From: Candidatus Eremiobacteria bacterium
GTDB lineage: Bacteria > Vulcanimicrobiota > Vulcanimicrobiia > Vulcanimicrobiales > Vulcanimicrobiaceae
Direction of reading: 5' to 3'
Assembly (NCBI GenBank): GCA_963758295.1
Contig: CAVWUU010000002.1
Span: forward strand, 1-64,000
DNA: 64,000 nt
This document shows positions 51,202 to 59,900 of this stretch, piece after piece; positions within the stretch are counted from its first letter, which is position 1, and each line of letters begins with the position of its first letter. The position numbers and the translations under genes are program-made. The notes beneath the pieces were generated by a model, which was given only the letters and a program-made list of their open reading frames with translations, was not told the origin of the DNA and made no database searches.

Positions 51202-51310
51202 CTAGCCGCTCTCTAGATTATTAGCAACGTCTCCTCTGCGCGCGCGGTGATCGCAACAAATCAACGCCACCGTTAGTCCGGCAGATTAACGCAACCTGCG
51301 AACCAGAGAT
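51202..51310 (-). repeat. Degenerate copy of the flgG 3' end plus shared arm (copy C)
   Basis: Minus strand reads ..VANNLESG* versus flgG IANNLQRG*. Internal deletions. GCGGTG junction and CGTTAG / GCGAAC / GAGAT arm blocks are shared with copy B. Confidence 0.65.
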
Positions 51311-51436
51311 CCATTGCTCGACATGGTAAATGGAGTCTATGCGTGTCGAGTCGCTCACACGACCGCGTTCGCTTCGCCTAAGCGTAACAGCTGCCGCTTC
51401 GTCGTGGCCGCGGTTTCATCTGCACGTTGGGCCTAC

Positions 51437-51562
51437 CTAGCCACGCTGAAGATTGTCGGCAATACGCAGCATTTGATCCTCTGCCTCGACGCCTTTAGCG
51501 GTGCATGCGAAATGCGGAGCGGAGCTCCTTCATCTTGAGATTTTCCGCTGGCGCAAAGCGCG
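51437..51562 (-). repeat. Copy of the flgG 3' end plus shared arm (copy A)
   Basis: 51437-51499 encodes AKGVEAEDQMLRIADNLQRG* (16/20 aa identical to the flgG tail), followed on + by GGTGCATGCGAAATGC... Confidence 0.9.
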
Positions 51563-51591
51563 CAAGGCTGCCGCGTCGAACACGTCATACG

Positions 51592-51906
51592 GTGAGAGAA
51601 CGCACTAGTACGAACGGGAAGGCTGCGGTGTCCTTATTCTGCGCACTGGTCTTGCTGATGATACCAGTGGTCGCGATGATAGCGCACTGGGGATTTTCGT
51701 ACGTGACCTACGGCTTGACAAATCTGCCGCTGGCGTCAGCTTCTGTCGCTGCTTCTCTTAGCATATTGGCTGCCGCACTGCTTCGTAACAGTCTCCGTAA
51801 AAGCGAACTGCGGATAATGACGATCTGCCTCATTTGGCTTATCGCTATAGTTGTTGGAGGTCTCGGCGAGACATATCTCTACCTCACCTTGGCTGGATGT
51901 TGCTAG
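51592..51906 (+). CDS. Small hypothetical membrane protein (3 TM; cargo gene)
   Basis: Three hydrophobic helices in the ORF 51505-51906; likely GTG start at 51592. Confidence 0.6.
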   Translation: MRERTSTNGKAAVSLFCALVLLMIPVVAMIAHWGFSYVTYGLTNLPLASASVAASLSILAAALLRNSLRKSELRIMTICLIWLIAIVVGGLGETYLYLTLAGCC

Positions 51907-52032
51907 CGCCCCGGCAGCTGGGCGTATCTTTCCGGATCGATTTCCTCGGTGGGCCATAGCAGGCCCACAATCGTTTTTCGAGCGTTCGCTATCGGATGAC
52001 GACTGGCGGCTGTTGATAGCCGCGATGCGCAT

Positions 52033-52170
52033 CTATCCTCGCTGCAGGTTATTCGCAATACGAAGCATCTCATCCGCGGCCTGTACGCCTTTAGCGGTGC
52101 ATACAAGATGCAGATGCACGAAGAAACGTTAGCAAGCGGTTATCGCCGGCGAACGACGCGAGATTACATA
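52033..52170 (-). repeat. Copy of the flgG 3' end plus shared arm (copy B)
   Basis: 52033-52095 encodes AKGVQAADEMLRIANNLQRG* (20/20 aa identical; 15 nt differences, all synonymous), followed on + by GGTGCATACAAGATGC... Confidence 0.95.
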
Positions 52171-52246
52171 TGTCGGGTGCGGCAGAGGCCGCAAGATACG
52201 CGAGCCGGAACGTATGATGTGCCGGGCTCTAGTAGAGGTGCCCATC

Positions 52247-54074
52247 TTGAGTGATCGAGCGCGCGCTCTTTGGCGAATCTGGCTACTGACGTTCTGCGCA
52301 TTGACCGCGCTGCTATCGATCGCGGAACTGCTTGATGTAACAGGCGCTATCGGTAAGGCCCCTTGGTATGGGTTATGGGGAGCCACTATGGGCGTCGCGG
52401 CGTCACAACCCTATATGGCCGAGGTAATGAGCATCGATCCGGGAAGAGCTTCGGATCGCGGCGGCCTTCGCCGAGGGCGACCTGCTTGACGTGCGCGCAA
52501 ACAACCTCGTCGATCGCTTCGCGATTCTAACGAATTCGGCGCAACCTCTGGCCGGGAAGACGATACTCGTCTCGGTAACGCGCGGCACCCGCCATATGCC
52601 CCTTCGCGTCGTGCCGCTCCCTGTAAACGTCATGCGGCGCTTGGATCAAATCATCGCGCCGATTGCCGTTCTCTGGCTCACGCTTTTTGCATCAGTCGTC
52701 GCGTGGCGGCGTGGGTACGTTCCCGGAAATCTTCTTCTATCGTCGGTGCTGCTTCTCACGGCGATTGTAAGCGGTGCGCCGAGCCACGGTTTTGCCGCGC
52801 CCTGGGCTTGGGCATATGTCGTCCTCGCGATCTGTGTATTTGCAGCGCCTTTAGGTGTGGCAATGTGGGCGACGTACGCAAGCGGCTTCGCGCATCCTCT
52901 TTCCCGGACACGCCGCGTCGCGCTATGGACATGCTATGTGTTCGTTGCATCTGCGGTTGTAATCGGCTGCGCCGAACTTCTAGGAACCATCACACTCTGG
53001 TTCGATCCGGTCGGCTTGTCGTTTCGGCCAATTTTGGCCCTACCAATGTTTGCAGCGATTCTGGCTGCATTGGCCTGTAGTTTACTGGCAATAGCCGAAT
53101 GCCGCGGAATCGATCGTCAGCGCGCGGCTTGGTCGCTCATTCCGTTGCCGATTGTCTATTTATCTTTGCAGGCGTTCGCCTTTATAAACTTTACATCATC
53201 ATCTTACGCCGCATACATTGGCTTTGCGTATCTCTATAGCACGCTTACGTTTATCGCGCCGCTCGCGCTTACGTACGCTGCCGTGAACCGCAGACTCATA
53301 GATCTCGGTTTTGTGTTAAACCGAACGCTGGTCTTCGCCATTGTGTCGGCGATCGTGATTGGTGCCTTTGTTGTCGCAGAGTGGGCGGCAAGCGAATGGT
53401 TCGTGAGCGCGAGTCATACGAGCAGCGTCGTCGTCGGCATGGTAGTAGCGCTGGCGCTTGGCGTGTCGATGCGCTACATTCACAGGTCTGTGGATAGCTT
53501 CGTCGATCGGGTTTTCTTTCGGAAGCGACATGAGGATGAAGCGGCGCTACGCAATTTTGCGCATGAGTCGTCATACATTACGGATCGATCGGTGTTATTG
53601 GAGCGATGCGCTCAGATCGTCCGGCAGCACACGGATACAGATGAGGTGGCGATCCTCATGCGTGGCGGATCCGGTTCATATTTGCAATATTCTAACGGGC
53701 GATCCGCCACCTCAGAGAACGACTCCGGAATCATTGCCCTGCGTGCTTGGGGCAAGCCCCTAGATTTACACGATGCAACGAATTCCGAATTGCAGGGATC
53801 TGTCGCGTTTCCGATGATGGCACGCGGTGTGCTGGTCGGGGCACTCGTCTGCGGGTCAAAAAAAGGCGGTGAGTCGTTTGCGCCTGATGAGATCGAAGCG
53901 CTCATGGCGCTTGCGCATGGCGTGGGCGTTGCGCTCGACTCTTTGAATCGCGAATCCGGCGACTCAATCGCATCGCTGCACGAAGCCGTGATCGGATTAC
54001 AAGCCAGCGTCGACACGATGCAAGAGAGTATCGCCGCTGAGTTTCGTGGATTCAGAAACCTGCTTCGACCATAA
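52247..54074 (+). CDS. Multi-pass membrane protein with PDZ-like loop and C-terminal GAF-like domain (cargo gene); frameshift near 52475
   Basis: GAGGTG RBS and TTG start; 'VMSIDPGRASDRGGLR.GD.LDV' PDZ-like segment; ~9 TM helices; 'VAFPMMARGVLVGALVCG..GESFAPDEIEALMALAHGVGVALD' GAF-like segment. Confidence 0.7.
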
Positions 54075-54075
54075 G

Positions 54076-54804
54076 CTATCCGCGCTGCAAATTGTTCGCG
54101 ATCCGCAACATCTCGTCAGCTGCCTGAACCCCCTTGGCATTTGCTTCATAGGCGCGCTGCGCGCTGAGGATTTCCATCATGGATTCGATGATGGAAACGT
54201 TGGATTGTTCGAGCATGCCGAAGCGAATTTTCGGACCGTTGTCAGTGCCGGCATTGACGTAATGCGGAGCGCCGGAATGGGGGGTGGCATAGAACAACGT
54301 TCCGCCGATGGCACGCAAGTGTTCGGGTGATGGGAACTCGGCCACGCGGATATGCGCGATGCGCTGGGTGCCTTTAGGCGTATTCACCGTAAGCATCCCG
54401 TCTTCGGCGACCGTCGCGGAAAGCGCGTCGGCGGGTATGCGAAACCCATCGAGGCGCCAACCATCGCCGTTGCGCAATGCGCCATCGGAACCGCGTGAGA
54501 ATTCACCGCCGCGGGAGTAAGCCCGATGACCGGCCGAATCGACAACGGCGAAAAATCCGGGTCCGTCTATAGCAAGATCGAAGGAGCCGCCACTCTTCTC
54601 GAGTTTGCCTTGTTTGAAGAAGACTTGTTCGCCGGTCGCGATTGTTCCGAGCCCGTTCTCGCCCGGAGCAGCGAGCGCGGCAAAGCTTTCCGACGAACCT
54701 TTGAAACCGTTCACCTCCGAGTTGGCGAGATTGTTGGCGATTACGTCGAGGTTCTTTTGTTGCGCAGCCATGCCGGTCGCGGCGGCGAAAAGCGCGCGAT
54801 CCAC
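54076..54804 (-). CDS. flgG: Flagellar basal-body rod protein FlgG-like
   Basis: 'ALFAAATGMAAQQKNLDVIANNLAN...GFK', 'DLAIDGPGFF', 'GMLEQSNV', 'AQRAYEANAKGVQAADEML'; TAGTG overlap with the upstream gene. Confidence 0.88.
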   Translation of the reverse strand: MDRALFAAATGMAAQQKNLDVIANNLANSEVNGFKGSSESFAALAAPGENGLGTIATGEQVFFKQGKLEKSGGSFDLAIDGPGFFAVVDSAGHRAYSRGGEFSRGSDGALRNGDGWRLDGFRIPADALSATVAEDGMLTVNTPKGTQRIAHIRVAEFPSPEHLRAIGGTLFYATPHSGAPHYVNAGTDNGPKIRFGMLEQSNVSIIESMMEILSAQRAYEANAKGVQAADEMLRIANNLQRG

Positions 54805-55406
54805 TAGCGTACCCTCGCAACGTCGTTTGCAGCCTTTTGGCGCGCTTGATCGATAGCGCCGGCGACTTTCTCCTCGCTTTCGAAGGCACGCTGGGCCGAA
54901 AGCACAGTCACCATTTCTTGCACCGCATTGACGTCGGCGCACTCGAGAAAGCCGGTACGCACCGTCGCGCCGGGATCGACCGGAATGCGATCGAGCTGGC
55001 GGCCGGAAAGCATGACGCGGCCGCGTTCGTCGATCTCGGCCCCGTCCGGAACTCGCAGACGCCCATGAAGTCCGAGAAGTGCCCGTCCTTCCACGTCGCG
55101 CAAGACCCCGTCGCGATCGCGCGAGAAGTGTCCGTCCCGCGTACCGGTTACGTTGCCGCTGGAACCTTGAACGCGAAAGCAGCCTCCGCCGACGATCGCC
55201 AGATCGAAGGGCTCGCCGGTTCGTCGCAAAGCGCCATGTTCGGGCGACGTAGTGCGTTGGATTTCCACGCCACGCTGCGTTAACGCGCCACGTGCAAGCG
55301 CTTTGCGAAAACCGTCGGTCGAGACGTTCGCGAGATTTGAGGTTGCGATTTCCAAGCGCGTGCGTGCCGCCGCCATAGCGCTAAAGGCCCATTCGATGCC
55401 GTCCAT
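54804..55406 (-). CDS. flgF: Flagellar basal-body rod protein FlgF-like
   Basis: 'SNLANVSTDGFRK', 'TGEPFDLAI', 'TRDGHF', 'GFLECADVNAVQEMV..LSAQRAFE'. Confidence 0.8.
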   Translation of the reverse strand: MDGIEWAFSAMAAARTRLEIATSNLANVSTDGFRKALARGALTQRGVEIQRTTSPEHGALRRTGEPFDLAIVGGGCFRVQGSSGNVTGTRDGHFSRDRDGVLRDVEGRALLGLHGRLRVPDGAEIDERGRVMLSGRQLDRIPVDPGATVRTGFLECADVNAVQEMVTVLSAQRAFESEEKVAGAIDQARQKAANDVARVR

Positions 55407-55447
55407 CTGCGAATGATAGGCCGCCCTTGTGACCGAAAGGTTACAAG

Positions 55448-55807
55448 ATGATGGTCAGGCTGTGCATTATGGTGGCGGCATTTTCCGTGTTGGCCGCGTG
55501 TGCTCAAACGCCGTCGCCGCAAGCGCAGACCGAACAGCGCGAGCGCGACGCGATGGCGCAAGTCAAAACGAAATACCCCGACGTGGTCGAGGGGTTCGAT
55601 TTTAAAGGCAATGCGCTCGATGTCTCCATCGACGCAAACGGTCTCGTGTCCATGGATGAAGACGCGGAAGATGCGCTCAAAGCCGACGTTGCGAAACGCT
55701 GGCGAATGGCCTGGGCAGCAACGCATCCGGGTGCGCATGGGACGATCACCCTCCGCCTGATCGACTTTCGGGGGACGCCCTACTACAAGGCCGCGATCCG
55801 CGTTTAG
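55448..55807 (+). CDS. Hypothetical lipoprotein
   Basis: Lipobox 'LAAC' after a hydrophobic signal. Confidence 0.7.
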   Translation: MMVRLCIMVAAFSVLAACAQTPSPQAQTEQRERDAMAQVKTKYPDVVEGFDFKGNALDVSIDANGLVSMDEDAEDALKADVAKRWRMAWAATHPGAHGTITLRLIDFRGTPYYKAAIRV

Positions 55808-56077
55808 CTAGACGACTTCATCGGGAGAGGCTTCGTGCTCGTCGCGCACGTCGTCGGCATTCGGATTCATGTCCGTGTCCCCGTAGACGGCCTCGTTGCG
55901 CCGTACGTTCTTCGGAACGGCGGGCGCCGGCGTCACGGAGTCGAGAATTCCGGTGAGCGTATCGCGGCGCTCGATGTCGTTGTCGGCATTTTCGTCTAAG
56001 TCAGCCGGATCTTTCTGCGAAAGATCCGCGTCCTGACGGTTGTACGCTTGCGGGTCTTCGGGCCAATCCTTATCCAT
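55808..56077 (-). CDS. Small acidic hypothetical protein (predicted disordered)
   Basis: D/E/P-rich 89-aa ORF directly downstream of the CheR-like gene. Confidence 0.6.
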   Translation of the reverse strand: MDKDWPEDPQAYNRQDADLSQKDPADLDENADNDIERRDTLTGILDSVTPAPAVPKNVRRNEAVYGDTDMNPNADDVRDEHEASPDEVV

Positions 56078-56113
56078 GACCACCCTATACCCGGGAGCTG
56101 CCGGTTTAGCGCC

Positions 56114-56986
56114 CTAACGCATGCGCCGGAAAATCGGCTGCTCTGCGACGACGTGACGGAACGCTCGCTCGTGCACGGTGTTTGCAAGCGATTCATGCTG
56201 CCCGAGCCCAAGAAACCCAAGATGCATCAGGCTGTCGAAATACAGGCGGTGCATGCGGTACTGAATCGCGCCGTTGTACAAGGGCAGAATTCCTCGGGCC
56301 ACGATGGCGTGGAATTCGTTGATCGAACCGTCTTCCACCGGATTGTGCCGCGCAAACATTACATTCTGGCGAAGACGCTGGCCCGCGACCGCAAAGCGGT
56401 CCTGAATGTCGAAATGCTGCGATAGCGGTGAAACGAGTCCCGCTTGGCGGCCAAGGGCAATTAAGTCGTTCTCCGTGCGGTGCTCGAAGACGCCTGCCTT
56501 CGCGATTGCCGCCGCAACGTCGGTAATGCACGTGGCGTAGATAATTGTCTTCTCCAGCATGCCCGCTTCATCGAGCAAAGCGGCAAGGGAGTAGGCGTCG
56601 CCGCCGGTCCCGCCTCCCGGGATCCAAATGCGCACGAACGAGTACGTCTGCAACAACGGTACGACGTGCGAAATGAAGGCCTTGAAAAAGAGCGGATCGT
56701 GGAAGAGTTCGGCGCTGCCGCCGCTCATTGACACGATGAACGACACAAGCGCGCGCTCGTCGTGCAACAGCCGGTCCTGCAGCCCCGAGATGGTGTCTAT
56801 GCCTTCTGCACGCATCGAATCGGCGATGCGCCGGCGGAGCACCGATTGGTTGAAGTTTCGGAAGTCGTAGCCGCCGTAACGCATGAGGGCGTCAAGGAAG
56901 AGCTGGAGCTCGATGTCCGCCAGTTCGTCCCTGCGGAGGTTCAACGCCGTCAATCCGGCGTCTACGCCCCCTACTTGTTCAACCAT
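56114..56986 (-). CDS. CheR-family protein-glutamate methyltransferase homologue with degenerate motifs; start uncertain
   Basis: '[18 protein letters not shown]...LRRRI', 'VRIW', 'VMFARHN', '[11 protein letters not shown]'. Confidence 0.8.
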   Translation of the reverse strand: MVEQVGGVDAGLTALNLRRDELADIELQLFLDALMRYGGYDFRNFNQSVLRRRIADSMRAEGIDTISGLQDRLLHDERALVSFIVSMSGGSAELFHDPLFFKAFISHVVPLLQTYSFVRIWIPGGGTGGDAYSLAALLDEAGMLEKTIIYATCITDVAAAIAKAGVFEHRTENDLIALGRQAGLVSPLSQHFDIQDRFAVAGQRLRQNVMFARHNPVEDGSINEFHAIVARGILPLYNGAIQYRMHRLYFDSLMHLGFLGLGQHESLANTVHERAFRHVVAEQPIFRRMR

Positions 56987-59900
56987 ATCTTCAACAACGA
57001 CGTGAGCTGGTCGATGTCGACCGGCTTACTTACGTATTCGGAGGCGCCTGCCGCGATGCACGCGTCACGATCGCCCTTCATCGCTTTAGCAGTAAGCGCG
57101 ATGATCGGGATGTTGCTGATACGTTCCTCCGCGCGAATTCGGCGGATCGTCTCGAAGCCGTCCATTTCCGGCATCATGATGTCCATCAAAACCACGTCGA
57201 TGTCGCCGCGGGTTCGCAGCGTCGTAATGCCCTGCAGACCCGATTCCGCGCTGACGACGTCCATGCCGTAGGAACGCAATGCCGCTTCGAGGGCGAAGAT
57301 GTTGCGCGAGTCGTCGTCGACGATGAGTACGCGCTTGCTGTGCAACGACACCAGGGACGGATCGCCGCCCGACGGCGCCTTCTTCGCGCTTCCGAGATCG
57401 GCTTCGACGCGATGCAAGAAGAAGTTCAGTTCGTCGAGCAACCGCTCCGGCGCGTGTCCGTCTTTGACGATAATCGTCGATGAGAGGCGCCGCAAACGTG
57501 CTTCTTCGTCACGAGTCAGATCGCGGCCGGTATACACGATGACCGGAACGTTGCTCGAGCCCGGACGCGAGCGCATTTCTTCGATGAACGAATCGCCGGC
57601 CATATCGGGCAAGCCGAGGTCGACGACGACGCAGTCGAACGTCTGCGCCGCGAGCGCTGAAAGCGCCGCTTCGGCGGAACCGACGGCTTTGACGCTCATT
57701 TCGCCCGTTCCGATAAGATTGACCATCGCATTGAGCTGCGTCAGGTCATCTTCGACGACGAGCACGTTCTTGCCGCGATTTTCCGCAAACCCGAGCAGCC
57801 GGTCGAAGGTGTCCATCAACGCTTCTTCCGACACCGGCTTCTGCAAGTGCGCCACCGCGCCCGCTGCAATGGCGCGCTGCTGATGCTCGTCTCCGGAGAT
57901 GACGTGCACCGGAATGTGCGACGTTGCGCTCGTGCGCTTCAGACTGTCAAGTAACTGCCACCCGTCCATGTCGGGCAAGCCAACGTCGAGCGTGATGGCA
58001 TCAGGCACGTAACGGTTCGCCAGCTCGAGCGCTTCGCGCCCGTTATGCGCGACGATGCCTTTGAAGCCGCGCTCGCGTGCAAACGTGAGCAACAGTTTCG
58101 CGAACGTCGGATCGTCCTCCACGACGAGCAACGTCCGTTGATCCGGCGTGATCGTTTCGCGATCGTCCGCTTCGGTAACGGCTCGTGTAACGCGATGTTC
58201 CAGACGTTCGACCACTTCGTGCACGTGCGCGCCCGTTTGGGGACGAGCCTCGTGAACCACCGTGACCTCCGCGCGTTGCGCGGTCGCGGCGCGTTGCGCC
58301 GGGTGGAAGAGCGTGAACGTGCTGCCAACGCCGACGGCGCTTTCGACCCCGATTTCGCCGCCCAGCAAACCGGCGATTTCGCGGCTGATCGCGAGACCGA
58401 GACCGGTACCGCCGAACTTGCGCGACGTTCCCATGTCCGCTTGTTGGAACGCTTCGAAGATGACGTTGAACTTATCGCTCGGGATGCCGATGCCGGTATC
58501 CGTTACCGCGAAGGACACTGCCGGTCCGGGAACCGGCAACGTGCGGTCGTTCGTCATGCTGATGTGCAGCGTGATCGCGCCTTCGGTGGTGAACTTGAAC
58601 GCGTTGGAGAGCAGGTTCTTCAGAACTTGCTGCAAGCGCGTCGGATCTGTCACGATCGAGTTCGGCACGTCGCCGTCTCGGGCAACGACGAACTTGAGGT
58701 TCTTGTCCGCGGCGATTTGGCTGAACGTACGCTTGACTTCACGCTCGATCGAATCGATCGAAACATCCAGCAAGTCGATTGCCGTCGTTCCCGATTCGAT
58801 CTTCGAAAGGTCGAGAATGTCGTTGATAAGCGTGAGCAAATCCGTACCGGCCGAGCGAATCGTTTGCGCGAATTCGATCTGTTTGCCCGTCATGTTGCCT
58901 TCCTGGTTCTCTGCAAGCTGCTTGGAGAGAATGAGGAGCGAGTTGAGCGGCGTGCGCAACTCGTGCGACATGTTCGCGAGGAACTGCGACTTGTATTTCG
59001 ACGTAAGGGAAAGCTGCTCGGCCTTCTTTTCGAGTTCCGTTCGCGCTTCTTCGATTTCGCGCGTCCGGCGTTCGACTTCGGCGTTGCGTTCCTGAAGGAG
59101 ACGCGCCTTTTCTTCGAGCTCGTCGTTCGTCTGTTTGAGCTCGAGCTGCTGGCTTTGCAGTTCGGTCGTGAGCGACTGCGACTGCTTGAGAAGCTCCTCC
59201 GTACGCATCGACGCCGAAATCGTGTTCAGCATGACGCCGATCGACTGCATGAGTTGATCGAGGAACAGCAAGTGAATTTCGCTGAAGCGTTCGAGCGATG
59301 CGAGCTCGATGACGGCCTTGATTTCGCCTTCGAACAGCACCGGCAGTACGACCACGGACACCGCGTTCATGGAGCCGAGCCCCGAACCGATCTTGAGGTA
59401 ATCGCTCGGGACTTCCGTGAGCGCTATGCGCGCCTTCTCAACGGCACATTGCCCCACGAGGCCTTCGCCGAACGGCACGGCGCGGTTCAGGCGGCGATGA
59501 CGCGGCAACGCGTAACTTGCGATGAGTCGCAGGCTCGCCTCGCCGTCGGTCACGTCGGTCATGTAGAATCCGCCGGCCTGCGCGTTGACCAGCGGAACGA
59601 GTTCCGACATGATGAGCTGCGTGACGGCCGTAATGTCGCGCTGGCCCTGGAGCATGGAGGTAAAGCGCGCGAGGTTCGACTTGAACCAGTCTTGCTCGGT
59701 GTTCTTTCGCGTCGTGTCGCGAAGGTTCTGAATCATTTCGTTAACGTTGCGCGTCAACTCGCCGACTTCGCCGCGGGCTTCGATGTCGATCGTTCGCGAA
59801 AGGTCGCCCTTCGTAACGGCCGTCGAAACCTCGGAGATGGCGCGAATCTGGTTCGTGAGCTGCGCGGCAAGCTGGTTGACGTTATCCGTCAAGTCACGCC

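Noticed and set aside
52108..52254. 48-aa ORF in arm B (MQMHEETLASGYRRRTTRDYICRVRQ...) faintly resembling a tyrosine-integrase N-terminal SAM-like helix
   Set aside because: Short, not conserved as an open frame in arms A or C, and with no catalytic domain. It would need an HMM hit to Phage_int_SAM families to be taken seriously.
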